A stretch of 63,098 bases of DNA, the filler included, from Octopus bimaculoides (lineage: Eukaryota), in assembly GCF_001194135.2 (NCBI RefSeq). It is 5 parts of 5 records of this genome, joined end to end, with 100 filler letters (N's around TTAATTAATTAA, not from the genome) between each part and the next. Parts side by side here need not be neighbours in the genome. Positions count along the whole stretch, not along the records: positions 42,535 to 58,189 come from NC_069000.1; positions 58,290 to 63,098 come from NC_068983.1; 3 more parts are not named here. One strand, given 5' to 3'. This document shows positions 51,316 to 63,098 of this stretch, piece by piece. A program made the position numbers and the translations under genes. Position 1 is the stretch's first letter; each line of letters starts with the position of its first letter. The notes beneath the pieces are model-generated. The model made no database searches and was not told the DNA's origin. It saw only the letters and a program-made list of their open reading frames with translations.

Positions 51316-52449
51316 GTAAGAGATGTTATTACTGTAAAAAAGGCGAAACCAGTGGAGATGCTGTCTTACTTATAAAATTATTTTTATGGCAGGATCATGA
51401 TAATATCAGGACAAAATTCGTTTACAAATTTAATAACACGCACTCAGACACATAGCTTGTGTCTTTTTGAAGTCCCGTAATGCGTACATTTAGTCTCAAA
51501 TTTCTATGCTTAATTGCAAAATGGCAGCTTCAAGTGTGAGTACACATTTCGGCAATCCACATCATATTATATTGATATCCAATGGTAACAGCTGTTGATA
51601 TCCATGAAATACTATATTCATGAACACTGTACATATACAAGTTTATGCGTGTGTGTGTGTGTGTGTACTTGTGTGTATGCGCTTGTGTCTGTGTGTGTGT
51701 GTTCGTGAACTTCAAAAGTTTTCTCTGGTAACTGTGATAGATAAGCAGCGAGGGAAAATGTGAAGTACACCAGAAAGATATTCCTCTGAGCCTGCGAATT
51801 TAAAACACTCTGTATTGTAATCTTTATATGTATTTAAATTTACCTCCATCACTACAGCTCTTAATTCAAATATTATTTTCTTTGTCAGTTTTAATCATAC
51901 ATAATTCATGTGAAGAAAAGTCATACATATTAATCGACCTACTTACCTGGATAATTTTAATAATTATATGCCAGATCGTATATTCCATAACAAACTAATT
52001 CCTAGAAATTCCAAGAAATGGTTTCTCCAATATCATAATCAATATTCTTATACTTGGCGTTTTAAAAAGAAGGAGGAGGATATTCGATGAAGGCTTGACA
52101 GCTGTTTCCAGCAAACGGTAGGGCGTTCTAAAGAGTTTACTGTGTGTCAATAAGGAATGAAGAAAGAGATATTTCGTTACTATTTTTAGAAGATACAACG
52201 AACAAAAAGAGCGCCTTGTGTCGAGTAACCTACTAATGTCCTTTTTATTAGGGTAGGGTTTAGAGAGCAAGGGAGGATAGGCTGCTATTTCTAGGATATA
52301 TCTTAGGACTACTTTGTCACCGGTTAGACCAAAAAGATATGCTTCAACAGATTACTGAAATAATGACAAAATTACGAACCTAATTATCTTAATGGATACA
52401 CATGTTCATAAGTATACATATATATTGGCGTGATTATACATATATACGG

Positions 52450-52551
<102 letters not shown>

Positions 52552-52903
52552 NNNNNNNNNNNNNNNNNNNNNNNNNNNNNNNNNNNNNNNNNNNNNNNNN
52601 NNNNNNNNNNNNNNNNNNNNNNNNNNNNNNNNNNNNNNNNNNNNNNNNNNNNNNNNNNNNNNNNNNNNNNNNNNNNNNNNNNNNNNNNNNNNNNNNNNNN
52701 NNNNNNNNNNNNNNNNNNNNNNNNNNNNNNNNNNNNNNNNNNNNNNNNNNNNNNNNNNNNNNNNNNNNNNNNNNNNNNNNNNNNNNNNNNNNNNNTATAT
52801 ATATATATATATATATATTTGTATACATATATATACGAATATTTAGAAGCACGCTGACACACAAACACACATATACATACATACATGTATGTGTGTGTGC
52901 GTA

Positions 52904-52945
<42 letters not shown>

Positions 52946-55102
52946 TATGTATACGTACAGACATGTAAATGACAAATGTGCGACAACGGTGGCGACCGTA
53001 CATTTTAAAGCATTGGGATATCGAATTAAATATATATGCATGCAAACAGTAGGAACAAAGAAACGTTTGTACTGATTCAAAGCGAAAGTACTGTTGTAAA
53101 TAATTTAAATGTGCGAAATGGAATACATGGAAGCAGCTTCAAAGGAAGGTCGCTGGCAAAACATAGCAAGTAACTTTACGATGAATATGGCGCGTTGTTT
53201 GTTCTGAACAGCATTCAATGTATGGACAATAGGCATGAACGGATGTGCAGCGAACACGCATGCTCACACACACTGAGTCACAAACATACACGGTCGTACA
53301 CAAACACACATACGTACAAAGTACAGAAACACAAAGACAATACATTACAGAAACGTAACAACACTTGACATTTAGCTCTAGCAAAGCCGGTCAATTGTAA
53401 CAGCTGTTGAGCATTTCGATGCACTGATACACGTAATCTATGTACGCCATTCATTTTAATCAATGGCAAATTTCACAGCTTATGCAACTTCGCTGCAAAT
53501 TTACTTGCTTGAATGTATATCTTATTCCTGGTGAACAATTGCTGATTGTATATCACGAACCATTGCATGTAAAAATAATGTCATGCTATACCCCATAAGT
53601 GGCTTCCAAATGCATGTTATGCGAAATTGGCAAAACTTTGTTGAGGTTACATTCGTGTTTCATGTAAAATACAGGCCACGTGAAAGACATTTTACGTCAG
53701 GTTTTGGAAAAGTTTTTAATGCCAGGACCGAGTTTATTTCTATCTAACTTCTTCTGCGAGGTTAGGATAAAGTAGAAAAAAGAATAATTCTAAATTTCCA
53801 TTTGAAATTTGTAATCCCGCCTCGTGTTTTGTGTGGATAATTATCTCCCTTGTATTAAGATCGCCGAGATTACTCGGGCATATGATGACGTGGAATTGAA
53901 ATAACAGCGAAATATCGCTATCCATCGCTCTCGCTCGTCTACAGGGCGAGTTGCTTCACCTAGATTGAGGCATTCAGTGTCTATTTTTAACAACGGGTCC
54001 TGAATGTGACTTTTCCCCTGGCGCAATCCCGTAGCTAATAAGCGCATAACCAAAACACATGCACTCAGTGTTTGACATAGCTAATACATGTGTATATCTG
54101 TGCGTGTGTTTCTGTATGCATGTACTGATATAAGATAGAAAATCAGTGGAAGAACGCACGCGTCGAGTGATTTAAAGATTCATTTGCATAACATTTACAT
54201 TAATACTCAAGAACCCCCCAGGCAAGATGCTAACAAATACCAACAATTCTTCAACTAGGATTAGAATCTCAAATGATGCACTATCATTCTATTTCACTGT
54301 ATGTGCGTATTTGTTTGTGTGTAAATGTATATGTATGTATATTCAAAAATCTAATAAAATTTTCACTTGAGTACTTCTAAAGAAAGATGCATTACGTTAT
54401 GTTAGCACGAAGTACTGAAGTCAAATTTAGAATCAGATCCAACACATCCATATAACAGTAGGGAAAAGGAATACAGAACATAAAGGTACATAAATAACTA
54501 TAAAGTATGGTTTATTATAATCCCCAGGATCTGCTTCAAAACAAATATATTTAAAGGAAAAAATACTCGCTGTAAGAATATCAATTGGTAATCTTCTGTG
54601 AATTACAGGGCATTCATTAGATATACATGCCAACGATAAGGTGTAAGGTTTATTTATGGACGACACTAAGAGTGGTAAAGAACGCGAACGTTACTCTTAT
54701 TTTTAAGGAATATCCGTAGTGTCAAGAGATCGTAAAATTCTAGTTAAAAAGCGCAGGGTGTTCTAAATAGCAGATGTTTTTATAACAGCTGAAGAAACAC
54801 TAAATATATAAGACAGTTTAATGCTAATGTACATTCTGAATTGTTCGTTGAAAACTCTGCCAGAGCAATGAAAATCCTACAGTAGTCTGTGTGCGATTGT
54901 GCAGGCGTCTGTATATATGCATGTGTGAGCGAGCGTACATTTATGAGAGTAAGTTTGTATGAGCTTCAGGGTTTTATGCACTGTACACCACTGTACACAC
55001 TTCGTCATATATCGAATTATCAACGATATGAATTTTTTTTATTCAACCAGAGTATTTTATGGTAATATTTAGAAAGTATATCTATACCTACCTAATCCTG
55101 TC

Positions 55103-55138
<36 letters not shown>

Positions 55139-55395
55139 CTNNNNNNNNNNNNNNNNNNNNNNNNNNNNNNNNNNNNNNNNNNNNNNNNNNNNNNNNNNNN
55201 NNNNNNNNNNNNNNNNNNNNNNNNNNNNNNNNNNNNNNNNNNNNNNNNNNNNNNNNNNNNNNNNNNNNNNNNNNNNNNNNNNNNNNNNNNNNNNNNNNNN
55301 NNNNNNNNNNNNNNNNNNNTATATATATATATTCATATAAAAGAAATGTGTTTCAAAAAGAAACTAGAAACAATATATAAATAAATACATATGTG

Positions 55396-55449
<54 letters not shown>

Positions 55450-55643
55450 TGTGTGTGTATATATATATATGTATATACATATATTATATATATGAATTGA
55501 TATATAGACAGATAGATAGCTAGGTAGGTAGATAGATAGCTAGATAGATAGGTGGATAGATAGATAGATAGATAAATAGTTAGATACAGAGATAGATAGA
55601 CAGACAATCGTTTCATCTATGTAAAGCCATGAATATTCATATG

Positions 55644-55724
<81 letters not shown>

Positions 55725-56930
55725 GAATGTATGTATGCCTTGTATGGGAGGTTGCCATCTTTACATTTTAGTGCAAATACAATACAGAATGAAGTATAAA
55801 GCCTCGCTGTCATTAAAAAGAGAACCATTTGAAACTTTATTGAGAGCCTTTAAGTTATACGACGGAGGAACAATTTAGACATTTACACCTTGACAGAAAT
55901 TGCCTAAATGGAATCAAGTTTCAACAACTTTTCTAAGTTATTTTCGAACATCGCTCCTTAGATACATCGAAAGAGGAGAGTAAGAGGAAATAAGCCAGAA
56001 CAAAGGATCGTATTGTCAGATCTCAACACGCCCTTTTTCCCAAACTCCTGCATTCGGAATCTAAACAGTAAAAGTGCACCCATTAAATACTCGCAATTGT
56101 TATGCTATAAAATCGGGTTAGCACAACCCTCGTTACTGGAAAGTCTTTTTGTAGATATCACGATAGCGATTCGATTCCTTTATCTACTTTTTATTGTTTT
56201 CTTTTTGTTAGAACCTCGGACCCGCCATCTGCAAAATACTGCATGTACAGACGAACAATGTTCACCAGTTCTATGATCCAGTGACTAGAGATGTCACGTG
56301 TTCTGAGTTATATATATATANNNNNNNNNNNNNNNNNNNNNNNNNNNNNNNNNNNNNNNNNNNNNNNNNNNNNNNNNNNNNNNNNNNNNNNNNNNNNNNN
56401 NNNNNNNNNNNNNNNNNNNNNNNNNNNNNNNNNNNNNNNNNNNNNNNNNNNNNNNNNNNNNNNNNNNNNNNNNNNNNNNNNNNNNNNNNNNNNNNNNNNN
56501 NNNNNNNNNNNNNNNNNNNNNNNNNNNNNNNNNNNNNNNNNNNNNNNNNNNNNNNNNNNNNNNNNNNNNNNNNNNNNNNNNNNNNATATGTATATGTATG
56601 TGTGTGTGTGTGTGTACAGAATACTACGAATCATTCTTGAGCAAATATTTATAATGGTCTTCTCAGTTTACAAAAGAAATTACGATTTCGTATGTTGTTT
56701 ATTATTTAGAAGTGAAGAGAATTGTCAAAGTTTACTTGTGTTTAATAATTGAAAGAGAAAGTAATGATGAATATGAAAAACAAAATTTAAAAGACTTGAT
56801 ATGAAAAATGAAAACACGGACACAGGACCTTGACGAAAACTGTCAATGATATAAACAAACCTAAACACACGCATACACACATATTTATATATATATATAT
56901 ATTTATATGCGCATATATATCGTATTGCTA

Positions 56931-56985
<55 letters not shown>

Positions 56986-58158
56986 TGTGCCTGTGCGCCT
57001 GTTTGTGCGTCTATGTTTATATGTGTGTGTATTCAGATATATTTCTCGGAATGTATGCGTACATGTGTTTCTTGTGCGCGTGTGTCGATTTGTGAGTGCG
57101 TGCATACGTTCCAAACTAAACAGCCATATTGTCCAGAGTTGTCTGTGGAAATCAAATACAATAAGCTGCGTAATCGAATAACTCCTCGATGTATATCTGT
57201 AAACCACATCGGTCTAAACAAGAGCTGAGCCAGCAGACTAAACATCGGAAGCAATTCAAGATTTCTGCTGTATCTCAACTTACTGACAGGGAATCACGTA
57301 TACCACAATCGAGTATTTTTTTATAAGGATACAGTTCGTAGTGAATTCGAATACCTTTGTCTGTATCCATTGATGAAATATATATATTATAAATAACATA
57401 TCTATAACCGATGTCTGCAACAGATTACAGGAAATATTTCGAAGAACATAATCTGCAATTTTTACTAATCCATATCACAAACATGAGATTTTCTTAATAG
57501 TAATCACATAACAGGAATAACAATGAACACCTAGTTATAAATCTGGTGAGCAGCTAACACGTTCTACCAATCTAAATCATTTGGGAGACTTAAAAGAACA
57601 AAAGTTTTTATACTAAAAGTACAATATCTCAGCTTGGCTTGGCACGCTTACATAAACACATACAATTACAAAGTCGTTTAGACTTGACTAAATTTTAACC
57701 ATAACCTCCACCTTCCCTAAACAAACAGGGTAAATTTCGCATTATAATGAAATACAAAAACAACTAAATTCAGTTATTCATCTACTGGGCAACTAACGTT
57801 TCCACCTACCAATATTCTTCCGTGCAGCCTAAAAACAACACCTACACCTCAGGCTGACACGCCATCAATGGACACACGTCATAATAAAGCATTACACGCA
57901 TGGACTCATACCCGAGTAATACCCCAAATGAAATATTGTTGCATAATAGTTCCATCAGAAATCGCCCTACAACTTAATTTTCAGTCAACCTTCTTACTTT
58001 CGAAAATAATAACGCTATCTTTATGTATTAATTACATGGCTATGTAGCTAATGGCATTTATATTTTAAATGCAGAAACGGCTGTACATCTCTGAATAAAA
58101 TTGCAAAAGGAAATTCTCGCGCGAGTAAACACACTTACTCACACACCCACACAACGTT

Positions 58159-58189
<31 letters not shown>

Positions 58190-58289
58190 NNNNNNNNNNN
58201 NNNNNNNNNNNNNNNNNNNNNNNNNNNNNNNNNTTAATTAATTAANNNNNNNNNNNNNNNNNNNNNNNNNNNNNNNNNNNNNNNNNNNN
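58190..58289. other. Assembly spacer (44 N + TTAATTAATTAA + 44 N)
   Basis: Identical to 9831-9930. Confidence 0.95.
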
Positions 58290-58749
58290 AAACCTGGCAA
58301 TCTTATATCTTCTTTTCAAGTGAAATTCTTCACTGATATCGAAAAGGTGAAAACAAGCAATGTTAATTCTCTAAATGAAGTATTAACAGTAACTGCACGA
58401 TAAAGTGTAGTATATTGCCACTTAAGTGTGGCTGACCCCTAGGGGTGGATGTTACTGTTGCTTTTAGCCCCAGTATATATATATACATATAACAATTAGA
58501 AGTATGGGATTATCAATCCTGTTAAAATACCTCATTAGTTCTCTGTTGGTATACCAGGGTAAAAGTATTTCTTGGATTAGTGAAGAACTCCAGGTAATCT
58601 TATGGTATGTTCCAAGGTTATGATTCATCACAATTCTACATTGTAAATCCGCGGATGGGCTCCAGAAAAACTAGTTTTTACACAGAATGATATGCAAGAA
58701 AGAAGTTAATCATCCTCAGTTGATTAATAGACCCATTCAGTACACTTAC

Positions 58750-58798
58750 CAGTAGTGTGCCTATAATGACTACTGGAAACAACTATAAGCCAGATTTG
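58750..58798 (-). CDS. Candidate 49-nt exon (QIWLIVVSSSHYRHTT), product unknown
   Basis: Minus strand: TTTTTCATTTATTGCAG acceptor and TG|GTAAGT donor; only the phase-0 frame is open. Confidence 0.35.
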
Positions 58799-59457
58799 CT
58801 GCAATAAATGAAAAATATGTAATGACCATTATTTCTAACTTGTTTATTTTATATATNNNNNNNNNNNNNNNNNNNNNNNNNNNNNNNNNNNNNNNNNNNN
58901 NNNNNNNNNNNNNNNNNNNNNNNNNNNNNNNNNNNNNNNNNNNNNNNNNNNNNNNNNNNNNNNNNNNNNNNNNNNNNNNNNNNNNNNNNNNNNNNNNNNN
59001 NNNNNNNNNNNNNNNNNNNNNNNNNNNNNNNNNNNNNNNNNNNNNNNNNNNNNNNNNNNNNNNNNNNNNNNNNNNNNNNNNNNNNNNNNNNNNNNNNNNN
59101 NNNNNNNNNNNNNNNNNNNNNNNNNNNNNNNNNNNNNNNNNNNNNNNNNNNNNNNNNNNNNNNNNNNNNNNNNNNNNNNNNNNNNNNNNNNNNNNNNNNN
59201 NNNNNNNNNNNNNNNNNNNNNNNNNNNNNNNNNNNNNNNNNNNNNNNNNNNNNNNNNNNNNNNNNNNNNNNNNNNNNNNNNNNNNNNNNNNNNNNNNNNN
59301 NNNNNNNNNNNNNNNNNNNNNNNNNNNNNNNNNNNNNNNNNNNNNNNNNNNNNNNNNNNNNNNNNNNNNNNNNNNNNNNNNNNNNNNNNNNNNNNNNNNN
59401 NNNNNNNNNNNNNNNNNNNNNNNNNNNNNNNNNNNNNNNNNNNNNNNNNNNNNNNNN

Positions 59458-59491
<34 letters not shown>

Positions 59492-60126
59492 TTTAATTGA
59501 ACTGAGAATATCATATATCTACTAATTTGAATATATCACACACCATTCATTTGAAGATGTTGCTATTAATCTTTGAAATCGGGCTCTATTATCTTAAGTA
59601 CGTCAATGTATGAAACATGCATTGCAAAAATGAAGTCTTTAATTAGAAAGTCTTACTTTTAGGGATTGGCATAGAAATTACATTAATTGCTATTTGATGA
59701 ATAAATTTGATCACCAAATATTCCCAATTAACATAAAGAGAATTACGGAGTTGTACTTGCATAGCAAACGATTGGATCTGATATTGTGGAAGATATTTGT
59801 AAGCCATTGAACATCGCACAAAACCTATTATAGTTTCACTTCAACATTTAATTTTCATTTGTTTCAAAATATTTTCGTCTCTTTGAAACAGGTAGCGGTT
59901 TCAAAGCGACGAACTTATTTTGACACAAATAAAAATTAAATGTTGAACTGAAATTAATGTTATTTTTTGTTTTGTTGAAGGTCTTACAAATATAGATATT
60001 TCTTAATTCTTAAGTAGACAGTAACCACAAATAAAAAATCGGTCTGTAGCTTAAGTGAAGGAATAAAGGTTTGTTTTCAACTGAGACTCCGGGGCAATAA
60101 TAATGAACTTTAAATTAAATACTCAC

Positions 60127-60325
60127 ATGAGATACGAATACGTTGTCCACATTAGCTCCAACACCCGGTCTACATACGGTTCTTGGTCGCTATAAGCAGA
60201 ATCTACCCTCTCGCCTTCCTTTAAATTTGCTTCTTTATCTCTTTCCTTTAGATTTGCGGCCTTTATGCCAAAGTTATAAACAACAGTTATACCTTTGATA
60301 GCTCTGCGGTAGGTGTACTTCACTT
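60127..60325 (-). CDS. Candidate exon (KYTYRRAIKG...VLELMWTTYSYL), product unknown
   Basis: About 65 stop-free, GC-elevated codons ending exactly at AT|GTGAGT. The acceptor is weak (GAG or AAG, with CTAAC upstream). Confidence 0.35.
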
Positions 60326-60899
60326 TAGCTCAAAACGCGTTAGATGTTTGTGATTCCATGTCATTTTTTTTTCATTTAGTTTAATGTGGACCTTTACTTT
60401 CGCAGTGTGAAATGGAGGACACTAAGAGTGATGCTCTAACACATGTTTCTATTTGAACTACAAGTTTTGAAATTTAACGTCATCGTTAATTTTAATAGTT
60501 AAAGTTACGGCGACAACCGGACACACGACAACTACTAGATATAAAGACATGTCTACCAGAGTGCATCTCTTTTTCAAGTTCTTTCTTAATATTTCATAAT
60601 GATTTCTACTGTTCAATTTGTCAGTCTCCCACTTGACTGTAACCTAGTTGTTGCCATGCACTATGTTTGGAATATATTTATATTACTTTTTTTCTGTTTA
60701 AACAATATAGCGTGAGCTTATTGCTCAGTGGAAATAGGTGCAACCTCGGCTATTGTCTATATATATAGAAACCTGGCAAGGATTGGACAGCCAGAGATGG
60801 ACAGGTCAGGTTTTTCATTGTGCTCATTCGCAAGTTGTTTTGGGTTTCGTTTTTATTAATTAGTTCTTATAATTGTTTGTTGCCAGATAATGATCCAAT

Positions 60900-61745
60900 A
60901 AGCTAGACTAACTCCTTCTTATTCTGCTTTGAGTTCAAAGCTTTTGAGCTGTTGTTGGTTTTGACATAGTTTTATTTTCTTGGAGTGTCTTTCAAGTTAT
61001 TGGTTATTATACGCGGAGTGGTCCTCAGCTTCATTTCATCTTCATTTTTCTAATTCTCTTTTAATGAATTTCTATTGTCTTTTTATCCATCTTTTTTGTA
61101 TCATATGATTTTATTGTTCCAGTTTATACGATTTTTTGTCTGTAATTTCTTAAGATATTTATCAGTTTTCCACTTATTTTTTCGATGAGCTTTCTTGTCA
61201 AACAATCATTTTGCAGAAGTTTTCTATATTACCAGGCTAAGCCCCTTTGTGTACTGGATAAGTTTTACTCCATGCATATTTCCTTTAGGGTGTTGGTTTC
61301 GGTGCATTATCAGATGGTTCCTCTTCTTTCCCATTCTGTTAAAATGACTTAACTCACATAGCCTACATTTTGTTTCAGTGAACCAGTAATTTTTGGGTGG
61401 TATTTGTAACGATTATCTTATTTCCGACATTGAATCCAGTTTTTAATATCAGTTTATAATGTTCTTTACTAATTTTCTCTTTCAATTCTGTGTATACTTT
61501 CGATGTCCTTGTCGATTCCTCGGTCTTTGTACGTGTGATTTTCATTAAATTCTACCGTTTCATTTTCTGTTTTCTGTAATGATTCCATTACTAGATAATT
61601 TGTCTCTTCTTGAGTTTTTTTTTGCACATATGTCTAATCCCATGTTAAACTCTATGCCATTGCTGAATCTATGGACAATTTTACGATTTCTTGTTCGGTG
61701 CTAATCCTTCTAAAATAATTTATGTCGTACTTATACTAAAAACGA
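60900..61745 (-). pseudogene. Degenerate R4/Dong (RLE-class) LINE reverse transcriptase fragment
   Basis: Minus-strand motifs NMGLDICAK, HTYKDRGI, ILKTGFNVGNKIIVTN and MHRNQHPKGN match GLDKCA, YKYLGI, LN..NKI.AIN and MHHPK of R4-type RT. Many stops. Confidence 0.75.
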
Positions 61746-61818
61746 TTTATATTTTGACTATAGCCTCAAAATGTCTTGGTTGTTCATTTAACAAGGATGT
61801 TAGTATATGCTGACAACG

Positions 61819-61857
<39 letters not shown>

Positions 61858-61957
61858 NNNNNNNNNNNNNNNNNNNNNNNNNNNNNNNNNNNNNNNNNNN
61901 NNNNNNNNNNNNNNNNNNNNNNNNNNNNNNNNNNNNNNNNNNNNNNNNNNNNNNNNN

Positions 61958-62004
<47 letters not shown>

Positions 62005-62006
<2 letters not shown>

Positions 62007-62697
62007 GTTTTTACGAAAACTAAAGGAAAGCAGCTGAATATCGTATTAGAGAGACTGCACATGTTTACTGCAGAGATACTTTTCTCTCCATTCAGTTACA
62101 ACCTTAGCTACATTTTACTCTCCTGAGATATTGATTTCTCACCTTCACTTTCATTTCTTGACAGAAAATTCTATCTATTTCCAATGCATCTGTAAAAGTT
62201 ACCTTCATTTATTGTTTGGATAGTTGTCTCTTCTGTGACCGTAATCCATTCTCATTTGGATATTTTTCTCACCTTATTGCTAGCACTGTACATTCATCTA
62301 TTCCAAACAATATTCGAATGCCATCATTCACGATTCTATTAGAAATAAATAACCAGATTGAAAGCTTTCTCACATTTGGCAAATAATTTCAGGTCCTCCA
62401 TAAACAAAAGGTTTATTTTTTCACCACTGCTAAATGCATGATTTAGATTCTCTCAAGAGAGATTAGAGCAACTACAAACAGCACTGGTGAGATTCGATCA
62501 GTATGGAATATTCCCCTACTGATGCTGACGTTACCTAACTCATCTTAATTTGACGTTGGTATAGCTCTCCATACTGGCATATTGCTTTGTAATTAATGGA
62601 TGTTTTAGGGTATTGATTTGTAACTAATGGACAACATTCTTAGATATCTTCAATATACTGAGACAGCCTAGGATCCATGAATATGCCACACTTTCTA
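62005..62697 (-). pseudogene. Second degenerate R4/Dong-type RT fragment
   Basis: Minus-strand VAYSWILGCL, RGIFHTDRISPVLFVVALISL and LFMEDLKLFAK (cf. VPHSWI, RGIFQGDSLSPLLF, LLFMDDLKLFAK). Confidence 0.8.
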
Positions 62698-62719
62698 TGT
62701 ATGTATGTATGTATGTATG

Positions 62720-62770
<51 letters not shown>
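62698..62770. repeat. (TATG)n/(TATC)n microsatellite
   Basis: Tetranucleotide runs directly before the Tx1-like ORF. Confidence 0.95.
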
Positions 62771-62775
62771 GATAT

Positions 62776-63098
62776 CGTCTGAGGGACGAGGGAGTTGGAG
62801 CGGCCCGAGAGGCCCGAGAAGCGGAGGCGCAACGAGGCAACACAGCCACCATTAGGTTTCTGACAGATGAAGAAAGGCGCGAATTACTCGAGCCTGAAAG
62901 GATGTGCGAGGCCTTTCAACAGCACTTTGCCCGACTGTTCGGGACAACTGGTGGGTCAGAACGCAGAGTACACTTTAGTGCCTACCTGCATGGCCTGCCA
63001 CGACTCTCAGCAAGAGAGGCGGAGTGTTGTGAAAGACCCATCACAGCCGCGGACGTACGGGATGCGATGGCAGGCTGTAAGGGAGACAAGTCGCCAGG
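62776..63098 (+). CDS. Tx1/L1-clade LINE ORF2 fragment (region before the RT domain), 5'-truncated, open to the window edge
   Basis: Stop-free, GC/CpG-rich: ...MCEAFQQHFARLF...LHGLPRLSAREAECCERPITAADVRDAMAGCKGDKSPG, matching FY..LF, LP.LS, PIT..E...A and KSPG(xDG) of Tx1/L1 ORF2. Confidence 0.85.

Overview
AT-rich, repeat-saturated eukaryotic draft sequence with many N gaps and (TA)n/(CA)n/(TATC)n/(AAT)n microsatellites. The repeat families look like those of a coleoid cephalopod (Octopus-like); this is inference from recalled repeats, not a database hit. Four identical 100-bp spacers (44 N + TTAATTAATTAA + 44 N) split the window into five blocks (1-9830, 9931-23934, 24035-42434, 42535-58189, 58290-63098) whose linkage the sequence does not prove. 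No complete gene can be supported, and almost all supplied ORFs are gap or microsatellite artefacts. Recognisable coding remnants are all transposon-derived: hAT (SPIN/GTF2IRD2-like), DD37D maT mariner, Helitron helicase C-terminus, RTE, CR1-like, two R4/Dong-like RT fragments and a stop-free Tx1-type ORF2 at the right edge. Three tRNA-derived SINE families and several MITEs are present. The most notable structures are a 636-bp unit inserted in inverted orientation into another copy of itself with a 12-bp duplication, a GG-terminated MITE with an 8-bp TSD inside a SINE, a hAT transposase 5' half apparently enclosed in a LINE 3' tail, and a 5'-inverted SINE. Several short candidate host exons are hypotheses only. 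I found no evidence for a wholly new biological system beyond these leads.
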